This document shows, piece by piece, positions 27,880 to 41,734 of a stretch of 64,000 bases of DNA. Where the stretch lies: assembly GCF_009914755.1 (NCBI RefSeq), contig NC_060936.1. One strand, given 5' to 3'. This DNA is from the human T2T-CHM13v2.0 reference genome, Homo sapiens. The stretch's first letter is position 1. Every line of letters begins with the position of its first letter. Made by a program: the position numbers and the translations under genes. Below the pieces are notes generated by a model, which saw only the letters and a list, made by a program, of their open reading frames with translations, ran no database searches and was not told the DNA's origin.

Positions 27880-28950
27880 TTTACTCATTTCCTGACACTT
27901 TTCAATGGCCTTCAGTGAGCTCAGCTCTTTCCCAGCTTAAAAAATCCTGTCCTAAAACATGAATGCCTTATTATCTCTCTTTTCATTTCCAGAAGAATTC
28001 TGAGAAAAATTTTATGAAGTCTTTCAATGTCTTCAGCCATCTTTAGACCACTGGAGTGTAGCTCCTTTTCCCTCCACTCCACCAAAACAATGCTCTCCAG
28101 GATCAGCAGAAACTTACATGACACTAAATTCAGTAAAACGTTTATAATTCTTATTGTATTAGACAGACATGGAAACAGCATTTGATGCTGATATTCATTT
28201 CTTCCTATGTGAAACATCCGGTTTTTCTAATGTTCGTGACATCATACATTCTTGGTTTTTCTTCTGTTCCTTTGAAATATTTTTTCAATATTTCTTTTGT
28301 AAATTCACTCTTTTGTATCCATTTGTTAATTGTTGATATCCTAAGCTCTCTTCCATTATGATTCTATGCATCCTATTTAAAATATATAGAAAATCATCTC
28401 ATACTCTAGCTGTAATTTTTATTAATGTGCTAATAGCTAATAACTGTCAAATCTAGGTCTCCAGGCCAGGCTCTGTATATCCAGCTACCAAGAGAGAACT
28501 CCACGTGGATATCTTTGGATGTCTGTTTTGCATCTTAAACCTAACTTCTCCAAATTTGCACTTGTCTTCTGTCTCAGACCTGCTGCTCCTTCAGTGCTCT
28601 TTGCCTCAGTAGATAGCACCACCATCCTTCCATTTAGCCAGAAATCTAAGTATTCTTCATAACTCCTCCTCTCCTCATTGAATAAATTACCAAGATCCGT
28701 TGATCCCATTCCTTAAATATCTCTTGGATCTGTTAACTTTTCTCTGATTTTACTCTTGCCATCCATCACCTCTCTCCTGAACCATGACCACAAACCCCTA
28801 AATAGCCTTCCTCTTCTTAATCTTATCCTGCTTTACACCAGTCTTCACGCTGAAGCCAGAATAGTCATTAAGAAACACATCTACAGGTATCCCATTCATT
28901 GCCTTTAGAATGGAATACAGACTCCTCAGCATGACATAATCTCTCTTCAC
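27880..28950 (+). mobile_element. L2 fragments
   Basis: Pyrimidine-rich diverged sequence with L2-like motifs (cctcagtagatagcaccaccatcc, ctcttcacgctgaagccagaatagtc). Confidence 0.5.
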
Positions 28951-30679
28951 CAGCTTCATTTATTCAACAAATATTTATTCATAACCAATTAAGTGCCAGA
29001 TGATGCACATATAGACTTCTTGTTCTGTTGTTGCATTGCATATTCCATATTTCAGCTATCCTGAATTGTTTTCAATTATTCATAAGTTCTTTATGAATTG
29101 TGTTCATTCCATTTGGAATATTCTACCTTGTTTGATCAGCATAAAGACTTTTCGAGACACTGCAGCAGCAGTGAACCTAAATATGTTTCCTTGACCCCTA
29201 CATTGAATGACACCCCCTGTGATATGTTTCTGGAAGCAGCAATACTTCCCTTCTTAAAATTACATTATACTTTGGGGCTTTTATTTAAGGTATGTCTTTC
29301 CTGATTTACAATAGTAGAGCTTGTTTTTTCACCCTTTTGAAAGACATCAAGATGCCCATGATGATGTCTTGCATGTAACAGGGGTTTATTTGAATTTTTA
29401 AAAGAAGAATAAAGTAATTTTTAAATGAATTTCAATTTAAATTTTAGGAAAACAATTATATAAAGTGAGATATGCTTAAATTGAAGGACAAAGTAGTTCT
29501 GTAGGGGCTACTTCTTTCAAGACTTTAGCAACTTTCCATGTGGGGGAGTGATTTATGTGATGCATGGAAAATTACTGCATATTTAAAGCTTATCTTAGAG
29601 CTATAATAAAGCAGCTTATGTTCTAAATCTTCATGTCGTAAATAGGTCCAGAAGGGATTTAAAAAGCCTTAATCCTTACTTTAACACAGCACAAGTCACT
29701 GAAGTGAAACTTGCTGAAAGGATTCCTTTTATGTTAGGCAACAGGTAGCTGAATATATCTACAGAAATTGAAAAATTGGAATTCTTTTGCTCAGAAATGT
29801 GGGAGGGGTGGAGCTTAAGGTAAAAAATAACAGTTAATATCTAAATTGATCAAGAAATATGAAAAAATAATTTGCTAGGTTTTAAAACTAACAAAAACCA
29901 TGGTTATAAAGGTTTGAATATATATAGGATAGTTAGATTGTATTTCTGTAATATTAAAACTCAGCATTAAATTTAATGAACACAAAGTGATTCTTATCAC
30001 ATTGACCATTGACATTACATGGAAAAAATAGTCAGTTGGACTAATTATGTGTCTTTCCATGGGTTATTAAGGTAATTGTATGGCATATAAATTTATACTG
30101 GAAATCACATTGAAATTCACTTTTAGAGGCCCTTAAAATATTTCTGTAATATATATTTTTAACATATGATCTTAAAAGATATATTTGGAATGACACAACA
30201 GTTTTATAGACAGGCCTGACTATCACACAACCACACACCAATTTGTGAATGTGTTTCTATTTCCTCTAAATTAATGCATCACATTCATTAACAAAGTTTG
30301 ATAAATGACTATAGTCTATAATAAAATATTTTTGTTTACAAACATATTTAAACACCTGCTATTAAGTATAGGCATTATCAGATCTTAAAATACAAAGATT
30401 TAAAAAATTACCCTGTGGTCATGGAGCTCACAATCCACTGCAAAAATAATGTTTGTGATAAGAAATTTGAAAGTTGAAGGTAATAGAAAATTTTACCTTT
30501 ATTTTTCAAAATGTACCATTGCTTTCTAAGTCACTACTTCTGTGTAAATATGGAATTGTTTTTCCTTAAGATATACCAAATATAGTTGGATAACGCATGT
30601 ATTAAAATTCTGTCAGCACTAAGTTGTTTTTTAGACATAGTGATAGGCAAACATAGTTATATTGAATGAAAAATTAGAA

Positions 30680-31400
30680 TCAAATTTATTAAACACTGTG
30701 TACTGATTGATACCACATGCCATATGCTTGTATAGCAATACAAGGTTTGGAATTTATAATGGTAAACAAAATAGATACGGTCTTTGTCTCCATAGAACTT
30801 TTAGTCTAGTGGGAGAGCAGAAGGTAAAGGAATGTATGTGATCATTGGTGAAGCTGAACATGTATACCCAAACAGTTATAAGTTCCAAGATGGACAATAA
30901 TGGGTGCCATAGGGAAGGAGGGTACCAAGGAACCTACTGGAGGTTACATAGGGAAGATTATTCCAAGGTAGTAATATTTAAGTGAATATCCAAGGAATAA
31001 TTGTCAATCACTTTATAAGTACTGAGGGAGGAGTATTTCAAAAGAGCTTTGAGGCGGAAAATAAATTAGTTCCTTTATGGAACTAATGTAAGGAAAATAC
31101 TAAGCAAACATGTAATAAGAAGAACACGGTTGATGAGTTAAGAACTGACAAGATTACTGAAGGATTGTAGGCCATATTTAGAAGTTGGATTTTTTATCTA
31201 TTCTTATTAAAGTGAGAAGTTATTGAAAGGTCTTAAGTGGGGGAGTGATGATGAAGTTTGCCTTTTAAAAAAGATTTTTCTAGCTATTGTTTATAGAATG
31301 GTTTGAAGATGAATAAGTCCAATAGCTATACTTGCTGTAAAGGTTATGTTGGTAGCTTGAACTGGGGCAGTGGTGACACAGAGGATGGGAGATGGAAAAT
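30680..31400 (-). mobile_element. L2 fragments (antisense)
   Basis: aaatttattaaacactg...gtctttgtctccatagaacttttagtctagtgggagagcag. Confidence 0.5.
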
Positions 31401-33089
31401 GACGAGTGAACAAACACATACCTGAAAATTTAAGTTTAAAAATAGACCTCTCCATTAATTCAGATTGCTGATATTCATTCGGTTAGCCATTCTTTACTGA
31501 ACTTTATGATGCCCCATATACTGAATTAAATACTTACAAGCACTAAAAAAGAAATTGTTAGGGAACAGTAAAATGCATTTCCTTCATTTCACAATATTAT
31601 TAATATTATGGCTTTGCTAATCTTTATTGGTGAATGCAGTCATAATTGAAGGTAACTGATACTTCCAAGGACTACTTTTGACCTAGGATTACTATCTTTT
31701 TAAAAATTTAGTATTAAAGAAGTCAAACACAATTTATTAATTCTGGATATAATAAAAATTCTGAAATACTTTAATACTTTGTGCTTTTCTATTTGTGAAA
31801 GTTAATTATTAGGAACGAGCTAGCAAATGCTACTTCTTTTTCAAAAAGCTAATGGCCAATCACAGCAAAAATTTAAAGCACTAAGAAATACCTACACATA
31901 TTCTTCTATTGCCCATTTATATGACTTCCATAATAGTTGATTAAAGGATACCGGATTCCTTTATTGTTGAATTAAAACCTCCTACATGAAAACCTTGATT
32001 TAGGTTTAGAAGTTGGTAATGTTTTGGCATGCAAAACCAGTTAATGTTCTCATCATTACTTTTTAAAACAATGTTAAGAGATGAATTCTAGGGATTATAA
32101 AAAAAAAAAAGCTGTATGTGTTTCTTCCTATAAAATTTTTCAGCATGATTGCCTCAGTAGAAAAATTAAGGGACTTATTGATATATATGTATATGAAGGT
32201 GAGGATACACATATACACACACACATATATATGTAGGTAAATACATATATTACATGTCTATCAATCCATACATACTCATTTATTATACGTTTTGAAAGCA
32301 ACCAGTTATAGTTTTGTTGCCATGGATCATTTTTACTATTCAGTAAATCAGTCAATTGAAGAGGCTTGATTTTATGGTATTAGTTTTTTGGAAACTGTCA
32401 GCTTTATAGTAAATTTTGACATCTTACAACTTCCACTGAGATTTTTTTGCTTGACTAATCTGCCTTGATGCCAATAAGTATATTAACGGAAATGGACTAA
32501 AAGCAAATGTGACTTGAAGCACAATTTTGTAAATTTTCTTAGTGTCTCAGTAATACTTAATACTAGTGCATTTTAGGTAGGAAAATTTTCAGTTTGTTTT
32601 ATTTTAAATAACTATAAATCTTATAGTTGCTTGTATAAAAGAAACAGATACCTTTAACATGATTAAATATCAAATGCTATTCTCTTCAAAATATCTTAAC
32701 TAAAGAAGCACTGCCTGCTCTTAGAAGTTAAGCAAGGCCATACCATATGCTGCGTACATGGCTTTTAACACAATGGATATTAGAAACAGCCTAAGGCTGA
32801 GCCTGGCTCCACTATTTTTCAGCTATGTGACCATGTGAAAGTTACATTTAGTAATTAAACTCATTTCAGTAGTTTGCTTTAAGAATAAAATTAGGTACTC
32901 CGGGGGCATATCAAGCATATTGTAAAACCTAGTTTGATTATTATTTGTTATTGGTATTACTATTACTATTCTATAATAAGTCATGGGCAGGCAGTAGGGG
33001 TACATTGGAAGAATTGCACTGTCTTAAATATGTCCTCTGTTTAACTCACAAACTCAGTCTACCTAGGCTTTCTTTGGAGGATCTGCCTT

Positions 33090-33158
33090 TCATTGGCTGT
33101 TTGACTTTGGCCAAGTTACTTAACTTCTTTTCACTTCAGTTTCCTCATCTGTGAGATT
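33090..33158 (+). mobile_element. MIR core fragment
   Basis: tgactttggccaagttacttaacttcttttcacttcagtttcctcatctgt. Confidence 0.8.
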
Positions 33159-33660
33159 ATGTGCTTACATGACTTCAGGTTTTGTTTTGGCTCTAATATG
33201 GTATGATTCTATGAAATGGAAAGTTAATACATTTGGCTCTAGTAACTGTATTTGAAGCACAAATATTAAAAAGCACAATTAATTCTCATTCTGAGTTTCC
33301 ATTTACTCTTTTAAATTAATCATTCAGAATAAATCATTTTGGAAGAGCTGCTTGATCCAGGTATTCAGTAGAAATCACTAGCATAGCATTTAATTTTAGA
33401 CAAAACTGAGAACTCATTAAACTGCCAGGGCTATGGACTTATATGAGATTCTCATTAAATCTTAATGTAGATAACTCAGTTAATTAAAACAAATATGGTT
33501 GTACTTTATTAAACTTCTAAAGTCAAAACTGCATTGAAATTATCTGTACAAAGCCTTGTTGACCTTTATTAGAGAACTGCCTCTCAAAAGACCTAAAAGA
33601 CTTATTTGTTCAGATCGAGACTCTTCATGAGCCAATGTGATACTCTCCCTCTATTGCTAG

Positions 33661-33782
33661 ATCTTCGCATCAGAAGACAGCATTCCTCTGAAAGTGTTTC
33701 TAGTATCAACAGTGCCACAAGCCATTCCAGTATTGGCAGTGGTAATGATGCCGACTCCAAGAAGAAGAAAAAGAAAAACTGG
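33661..33782 (+). CDS. NAV3: NAV3 coding exon, 122 nt (DLRIRRQHSSESVSSINSATSHSSIGSGNDADSKKKKKKNW)
   Basis: ttgctag acceptor, TGG|gtaagt donor, phase 1/0; Ser-rich and poly-Lys motif typical of Navigators. Confidence 0.97.
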
Positions 33783-34793
33783 GTAAGTTACCATCCTTCA
33801 TCTAATTCAGAAGCTTATTAATGCATAATGTGTTAGGCCTTTTTCTTTGGGGCTTTAGTGATCTGCAGTAGTTTACAAAGGGTCCCATTCAAGCTACTGA
33901 GACCTCAAATGCTGCACTCATCACCAAAATTGGAGTGGCATGTACTGAAAAGCATACATTTTAATGTTGGGACTAAACTTGGGTTTGAATCACCACTATA
34001 TCTAGACCTTTTGAGGGGCCTGAATTTTCTAACCAATAAAAAGACAGTTAATAGCAACTATATTTATTTGTGAATATCATTTATTCACAGATGTTATCTA
34101 ATTTTTCTATAGTATAACTATACAAACTATGTAGTATAACTATAGAGTTATACTAAAGAAAAATAAGATAACATCTGTGAATAAATGGCTTAAAATAGGG
34201 GTTTATTGTGGGCATAGAGATGAAGGAAAAGTGAAAAAATGATGATGATGGTGATGATGATGGTGATAGTGGTCTTGGAGGAAAAGGAGAATGGGAGTTA
34301 ATAAAGGGAAAGAATAAACAATGAAACTCTCATTCCACCTTTGGAATCGACAGGGCTTACCGTGTGAATAGTTTCACCCTAAAAGAAATCAACCACATTA
34401 GTGTCTGCTTGATGTTTTTAACCAAGAGAATATAGCAGAAATATAGAAATGCACTTTAACAGAACTGTACCTTAAGTTTGCTAGTGATATAATTTATGAT
34501 ATTGATCAATAGCTAAATAGCCCAGGGGAAGATACTGTTACTGCGAAAAATTTAAAAACAATGGAGTCAATGATTTCTTTTAATACCAAAAAAAAAATGT
34601 AGATTTTGAGTAAATACAACTCTTGATGAAATCCAGACATAATTATCAGAGGATTTTACTGGAGTGCTTTCTACAAATAATGAAAGAAATATCTTTTTAT
34701 CTTAAAAAATGTTTATACAGGTAATATTTTAAAATACTGATCAGCCTTCATTCCCTTGATTTGTAATTCCACACTCTTTCATGTTTCTGCAAG

Positions 34794-34814
34794 GTGAACT
34801 CTAGAGGAAGTGAG
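34794..34814 (+). CDS. NAV3: NAV3 alternative microexon, 21 nt (VNSRGSE), phase 0/0
   Basis: ctctttcatgtttctgcaag acceptor, GAG|gtgaat donor, frame-preserving with no stop; GCATG motifs downstream. Confidence 0.8.
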
Positions 34815-35495
34815 GTGAATATAAACCGTGGACAATTTGGCATGCATCTATAAAAAAACCCTACCTTGGCATGAATGCTATCCATTTTGGCAGTAGGCTT
34901 TTATACCTTTTAAAACAGATTACCTTGTATGTCTTTTCTTTGTGTCTTTTCATTTTAATCTCAAATTTTAAAGAGATGTAAAACCACTTTCTGAATAGAG
35001 CTGTAGGGGATACCAATTCTGGTTTTGAGTAGTCTGGGGTTGGAAAATTTGAATAGAAAAATCACAATTAATGAAGTGTTAGGTGAATTTGATTTCATTT
35101 TGCTTTTTAAGTTTGTACTGTCAGCAGGACATGACTTGATTGTAGCGCTAAAGTGGCCATTTAAAACAAATTGCCTTGAAGAGAGAAGCATTGGGAATGG
35201 AGATCCCTTCAAGGTACTTAGTTTTAAATGAGTGCTCTGACAGCCATGCCCTTGACCTTGCACTATTTAAAAGCCTTCCATGTTTGCGCTGCGCTGGATT
35301 AATACAAGAATAAAATGAACACACAAAACACGGTATCATTTTTTTTTTAGAGATACTGTGCTGCAATTGTTAATACTCTGCTTGTACATACTGACCCCAG
35401 GCAGTGGCTAGGATGGCATCTGCAAACTAACGCCCCAAAGCAAAAGCTCTCCAAGTGCAAATAGACAAGAAGGGTAATTTCTGTCCTTGTTTCAG

Positions 35496-35668
35496 CTGAG
35501 AAGTTCTTTCAAACAAGCCTTTGGGAAGAAAAAGTCCACCAAGCCTCCTTCATCACATTCTGACATTGAAGAGCTTACTGATTCATCCCTTCCGGCATCC
35601 CCCAAGTTACCCCATAATGCTGGTGACTGTGGCTCAGCATCCATGAAGCCCTCACAATCTGCTTCAGC
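35496..35668 (+). CDS. NAV3: NAV3 coding exon, 173 nt (LRSSFKQAFGKKKS...MKPSQSAS)
   Basis: tttcag acceptor, AGC|gtaagt donor, phase 0/2. Confidence 0.97.
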
Positions 35669-35974
35669 GTAAGTTGCTCCTTCTGCAAAATGCAGACATA
35701 TTTTTTAAAAACAATTTTAGATGAAGGCCTTATTTATGTTCTAACCATATCTGTACCAATTATTTTCAGATTTTTCTGAGAATGATGGACAGCATTAGTT
35801 TCTCTTTTCATATTTCTCTTTCACTGGTTTCTTTCATTTTCATTTTTCTTTTTCATTTTCATATGTTAGAATTCAAGTGTTTCTTGATCTCATTCTCCAG
35901 TTTTCTGAATCATGATTCTCACTTCTTTTCATGGGCATTTGTCCATGTATCTGTCTAACTGTATGTACATACAG

Positions 35975-36040
35975 GTCACCCCTTGTCTGGCCACCAAAGA
36001 AACGACAAAATGGCCCTGTGATCTACAAGCATAGATCTCG
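35975..36040 (+). CDS. NAV3: NAV3 alternative cassette exon, 66 nt (SPLVWPPKKRQNGPVIYKHRSR), phase 2/2
   Basis: catacag acceptor with ctaac branch-like motif, TCG|gtaaag donor, in frame; consistent with my recollection of NAV3 isoforms differing by 22 aa. Confidence 0.85.
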
Positions 36041-36271
36041 GTAAAGTGGAGTGCGATGCATGAATACTGCAAAGATCCAGGTTCTAACCTAAGTAGTGTT
36101 TGCTTTTGCTTTTTCTAAAATCACTCACATGCATTTCAACAATAAATACCTTCTCTTTCTGTTTTTTCAACTAAAATTTGGTTTCCTAAAATCAACCTGC
36201 AATCCAGTTTTCTTTGATTCTATTAGTTAATCTAACCTAGCATTTTTATGATAGCCCACTTTTTGGTAGTA

Positions 36272-36911
<640 letters not shown>

Positions 36912-37882
36912 TACAAGAACGAACACATTTCGAATATAGAAAAGTGTTCTGGTGAGATAATTCTCTGTGTTATTTACTATTTAAATCTAATTTCCTTGTA
37001 TGCCCATGACAACAACTAGCATAGAACTCATATAGAACAGGGCCACTGTGCTTTGCCTACATAATTTTATCATTTATGCAGAAAGGAAGAACATGTCACT
37101 GTCATTTTGTGGCCAGTAAACTAGTTGTCAAATTTTAAATGGAAAATATGTTAGTTAATATAAAACAATTTTTTTGGCAAATTTCCTGCGAAGCTGTCCA
37201 CAAAACAATAAAAACACAACAAGGATACAATGTGTTTCCTTCAAACAGCCCTCAGCTAGCCTGCTAACAGGGGCTGAAACCTTTGATTTAGCTGTGATCT
37301 CCTAAATCAGCTGAGCCCAATAGGGAGGTTATATAACTCACCCATTATTTAAATGTCCAAAAGTAATATCTCTAATTTATTTTCTACAATGTTTATATTG
37401 GATTTTTATGGTAATTAAAGACAGTATTGTGGCAAAGCTTTTTTTTTGCACAATTTTACAAAAGAAGAAATCAACATTTTAAGAATGTAATAACTGCTCT
37501 TATAAAAGAATAGTCACATGTTGCAAATAGAGGTTTAAGTCCCTTGAAAATGTTGGAATGAAATGTAGTAATCTATGACTTTTCTGCCTATAAATATCAC
37601 CAATAAAAGAATTTTTAGGATTACTTTATATTCAGTAAGAGTAGACTATTTTTAAACTTTAAAAAATAGAAAAAAAGATTAAAAGAAAAAGCTACTTCCG
37701 TTTTGAACCTGTGAATGCATAACCGTTTGTAAAACTCTTTCTCCTTTTCTCTAGGTTTTGCCAGCAGCACACCATATCTGTACCTGCTGGAGAATATTGC
37801 AGTGCAGCCTTTAAAAGAGGCAGTGCTTTTCTTAATCCTCTGGCTTCCCCAGGCCACTGATTCTGTTTGTTTCCTTCTTCAG

Positions 37883-38036
37883 GATCTGTGAATGCACAGA
37901 AGCTGAGGCAGAGATAATTCTGCAGCTGAAGAGCGAGCTCAGAGAAAAGGAATTAAAATTAACGGATATTCGGCTGGAGGCCCTCAGCTCTGCTCATCAT
38001 CTTGATCAGATCCGGGAAGCCATGAACCGGATGCAG
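37883..38036 (+). CDS. NAV3: NAV3 coding exon, 154 nt (ICECTEAEAE...REAMNRMQ), coiled coil
   Basis: cttcttcag acceptor, CAG|gttggt donor, phase 2/0; conserved LTDIRLEALSSAH motif. Confidence 0.97.
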
Positions 38037-39224
38037 GTTGGTACTGAAGCACTTTCAAGGAATAAAATGGAGAAACAAAAAAATGCTGCTTATTCTGTTC
38101 TCTTGGTTAACACAGAATAAATTCCACTTGGAAACCCACCTTAGAAATGTACTCTGTTTATTCAGTCTTTGCAACTCATCTGTTAGTACTGAATTGAGAA
38201 TTTTGTCAAATCCAAGTTTGGAAGTGGGAGTGCAAACTGGCAAGTTGTATTCAAGAACCATTCAGGATACTGTACTAGTAATTGGATTCAGGTTGAGAGC
38301 TAAGCTTTTAGAGAAGCTACTACAATTCTTGCTTCTTCACTTTTCCATCATTTACTTTTATTTTGGCTTTTTGCCTGTTCTTTTGAAATCTGATTTTCAC
38401 ATACTTTCACCAGTTTTCTGCTGAAATACAAAAGTAATGAGGAAACTATAGAAATTCAACACAAGCTTTCTGAATACAGAAGTAAAAGTGATTTAGAATG
38501 CCATCTGTAAAAGTAAGGCTTGTGTATTTTTTTGAAAAACATCTAAAGGCTAAATTCAGAACCAGTCTGTGCTCAGACTAAGTTTTCATTTTATTATTGT
38601 ATACCAGTAATCACTTGGTACCACAGATGACTGCAATAAGAAAAGCTCATTGCTGAGCAGATTCATCTGCCACTGTATATGTTCATCTAAAGACTTTTGT
38701 TGTTTTTTTATGAGCTTAGTGTCCCGATTGGAAGGAAAAAAAGAAACTTTTTCAGATGTTAGATATGATTTTGGAGTAATTTTAAATCACCTTATTGACA
38801 TTATTTTTGTTTTGCTCTGTCTTTCAACTGTCTACAGATTTATAACAATATTACAAATGGCATTATATGCTTATAAGATTTTAACATCACCTTTAAAATG
38901 AGAAGTGTTATGAATGATTTCATCATATTTTTCTTAATTCAAATGAGACCAAGTCCTCATGATTTAGTTAAAAAATAATGATAAGCATGTCGAATGGTTG
39001 GATTGTCTATATTTGTGAATTCAGGAATGTATAATGTGTGAGAGAGAAAAAGGTTAAATTTCCTTCTTGGGAAGGAAATCCTATTTCATATCTTATATTT
39101 CTTTATTTAACATATTAACATGTTTTATTTAACAAACAAGCTAATTAACTCTGATAAAAGACTTGGTGCTATTTTCTCAATCAAACCAACTCAGTTTTTT
39201 TCATGTTTTCCATCTTCATAACAG

Positions 39225-39399
39225 AATGAAATTGAAATACTGAAAGCTGAAAATGACCGGTTGAAGGCAGAAACTGGTAACACAGCTAAGCCTACTCGGC
39301 CACCGTCAGAATCCTCAAGCAGCACCTCCTCTTCATCTTCCAGGCAGTCATTAGGACTTTCTCTAAACAATTTGAACATCACAGAGGCTGTTAGCTCAG
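39225..39399 (+). CDS. NAV3: NAV3 coding exon, 175 nt (NEIEILKAENDRLKAE...ITEAVSS)
   Basis: ataacag acceptor, CAG|gtgatt donor, phase 0/1. Confidence 0.96.
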
Positions 39400-41734
39400 G
39401 TGATTTAGTGCACATGCTTGCCTGAATCACAGCATACCCATGAGTTAACGGGTGGGAAGCCTGGAATTTGGAGAACTTTACGTACTCTTAAAAATGTTAC
39501 ACTCTAATTCTCAGAAATAGTCCTAGTTTGATCTTATAAATCTAGTCTACTTAGTTATAATTTTAAAAGCACATTCTCTGTCCAAAAGTCAGTCTTAGAG
39601 ATATGGTCTTCATAATATTTTTAAGAAATCACTTTTCCCTAGGAAGTACTTTCTCCATGATTCTGATGATGAAGAAATACTCTCAGTGATGATAATTAGT
39701 ACTTATGGATATAATAATAACCCCATTGACTTTTATTAAGTGTGCAAAACCCATTTATAAGTGTAGCAGGCTTTATTTTCTAAATCTGACTTGATGAACC
39801 TGTGTGATGCTGCTCTGAGAAAACAATAATGCTACTGTCACCCAGTCTGCAGCTCTATTAAATTTCCAACAAAGATAAAGAACACAGTACTAGTGATGGA
39901 ACAAGGGTACAGTTTTGATTTGATTGCAAATAGAATCATATGACATAATGTCATCTTAATATCTCATGAACCATTCAAGCATAAAGTGTAGCTGTTTCTG
40001 TGGAACAGTTCATTCAAGAGAATCATTTCAAGGATAGAGAATTTAGTCTATATAATATTTACATGAGGATCTATGGTAATTGTGAAGCACGGCCACCAGA
40101 TGACGCTTGGAAACCAATAATATGTATGTTCCTAGCCAACGTTAGATTCCATTATAGAATGGAGATAGTACACTGCTTGCCTTAAATCATATTAAAATAC
40201 AGAAGGAGAAGGAGAAGGGAAATGACATGGCATGCTGATATTGATTACATTTCCAATGAATCACATCTCTTCTAAAAAGACAGAATGTTAAAAATTCTGC
40301 TATTATGGCTGCTCTTCATAATATAAAATAATGGCCTTCATCTTATATGTAAAAGACAAGTGGGCACTCCCTGTAATTTAAGAAAACAACTTTTGTAAAC
40401 TTCTGGTGGGGATTAGAGAAAGAAAATAAATTCTGAGAATAAGCATCAAGTACAACTAATGTCAGAAGCCAAGTAAAAAGCAAGAGATTTCAGAATTAAA
40501 TGAACTTATAGATCATTAGGTAAAATAAGACTGTGGAAGTGGATGGTAATTTGAGTTTGTAAATTACACATAAAGTATTATCCACACTCAACAAAATATT
40601 CTGCAAAAGAAAGAACACAAATGTTTAAATGTATAGAATCTGGCAGTTCTGAACAACATCCTCTATGTTGGCTTGTTGCTGATGGACCTGACAGAGAAGT
40701 GAAGTAAGATCTACATCTCATAATGACCAGTGCATTTCTGGATCCTCAGGCTTGTCTCCTAGGAAAAGACAAAGGCCAGTACCTTATAGGTCAGACTAAT
40801 GGTAGGGTTTCACTGCCTTTTATAAAATTCTGTTTTATTTTATGAAAATATGATAAGGTTTGAAGGAGACAAGTTTAATACTGAAGGTGGTTTAGAAAAA
40901 ACAGACACATATAAAAAAAACTTAGTATCTAGGAAAAATAGAACTCATAAAGATAAATATAAAATCAAAGAGTTTAAATTTACAATTTCTATGTTTATTG
41001 GTCTTAACACATTGATGGCCATGATTAAGAATTTAAGGCAATTTTTTAGGAGGAGCCAAGTTTTACGTTTTTTTAATACCTTTTTTTACCCATTCCCTAA
41101 GTTATTTTTAATATATCTTATTTCCTTAATTATTTTTCAATAGTGATACTTATGTCTGAACTAAAAAAATTAAATCACACAACCAGAATATTGTTTTCAT
41201 TACTTTCACTCTTGTGGAGTGGGTTCAACACTTGGAAATCAAAACTGCCTTTATGCTGGGGCTTTTTAACAGACAGACTTTCTAAGTTTCATGATTAATC
41301 TTAAGATAAAGAAAGTAGGCAGGAGAGAGGATAATTGGCAAATATCTAGTTCCTGAAATATTAATTGCATGTTCCTTGCATCCAGTAAAGACAGACATTT
41401 CAGAAGTCTTCAGTTTTTGGCCAGAATTTTACTCAATTATAGCCAGAATGGCAGACCTCTTTAATTTTTCCTTCAAAATATAGACAGAGGACCATGACTT
41501 ATTTTCTAGTAAAAAACAAAACAAAACAAAAACAAACAAACAAAAATACAGAAGGCTCTCACATTAATCTTGCTGTTTTTCCTGGAGTTGTTTCATCAGG
41601 TGACCATCCTGTCAATATTCTCTGAACTGGGGAGATTCGGAGTCATGATGTGAGCCACCCACAGTCAACAGAAGGAGTTAGAATAAACACAAATAATGGC
41701 TGGAAGAGCAAAACTTAGTAAACACTGAGGATGA

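Noticed and set aside
33606-33660. Open frame and ttcag upstream of the 33661 exon as an N-terminal extension
   Set aside because: An acceptor at 33614 would add 47 nt (frameshift); the open frame is most likely chance.
34111-34154. agtataactata direct repeat plus 9-bp inverted repeat
   Set aside because: Short and AT-rich; expected from slippage.
39191-39430. 79-aa antisense ORF over an exon
   Set aside because: Shadow frame of the Ser-rich NAV3 exon.
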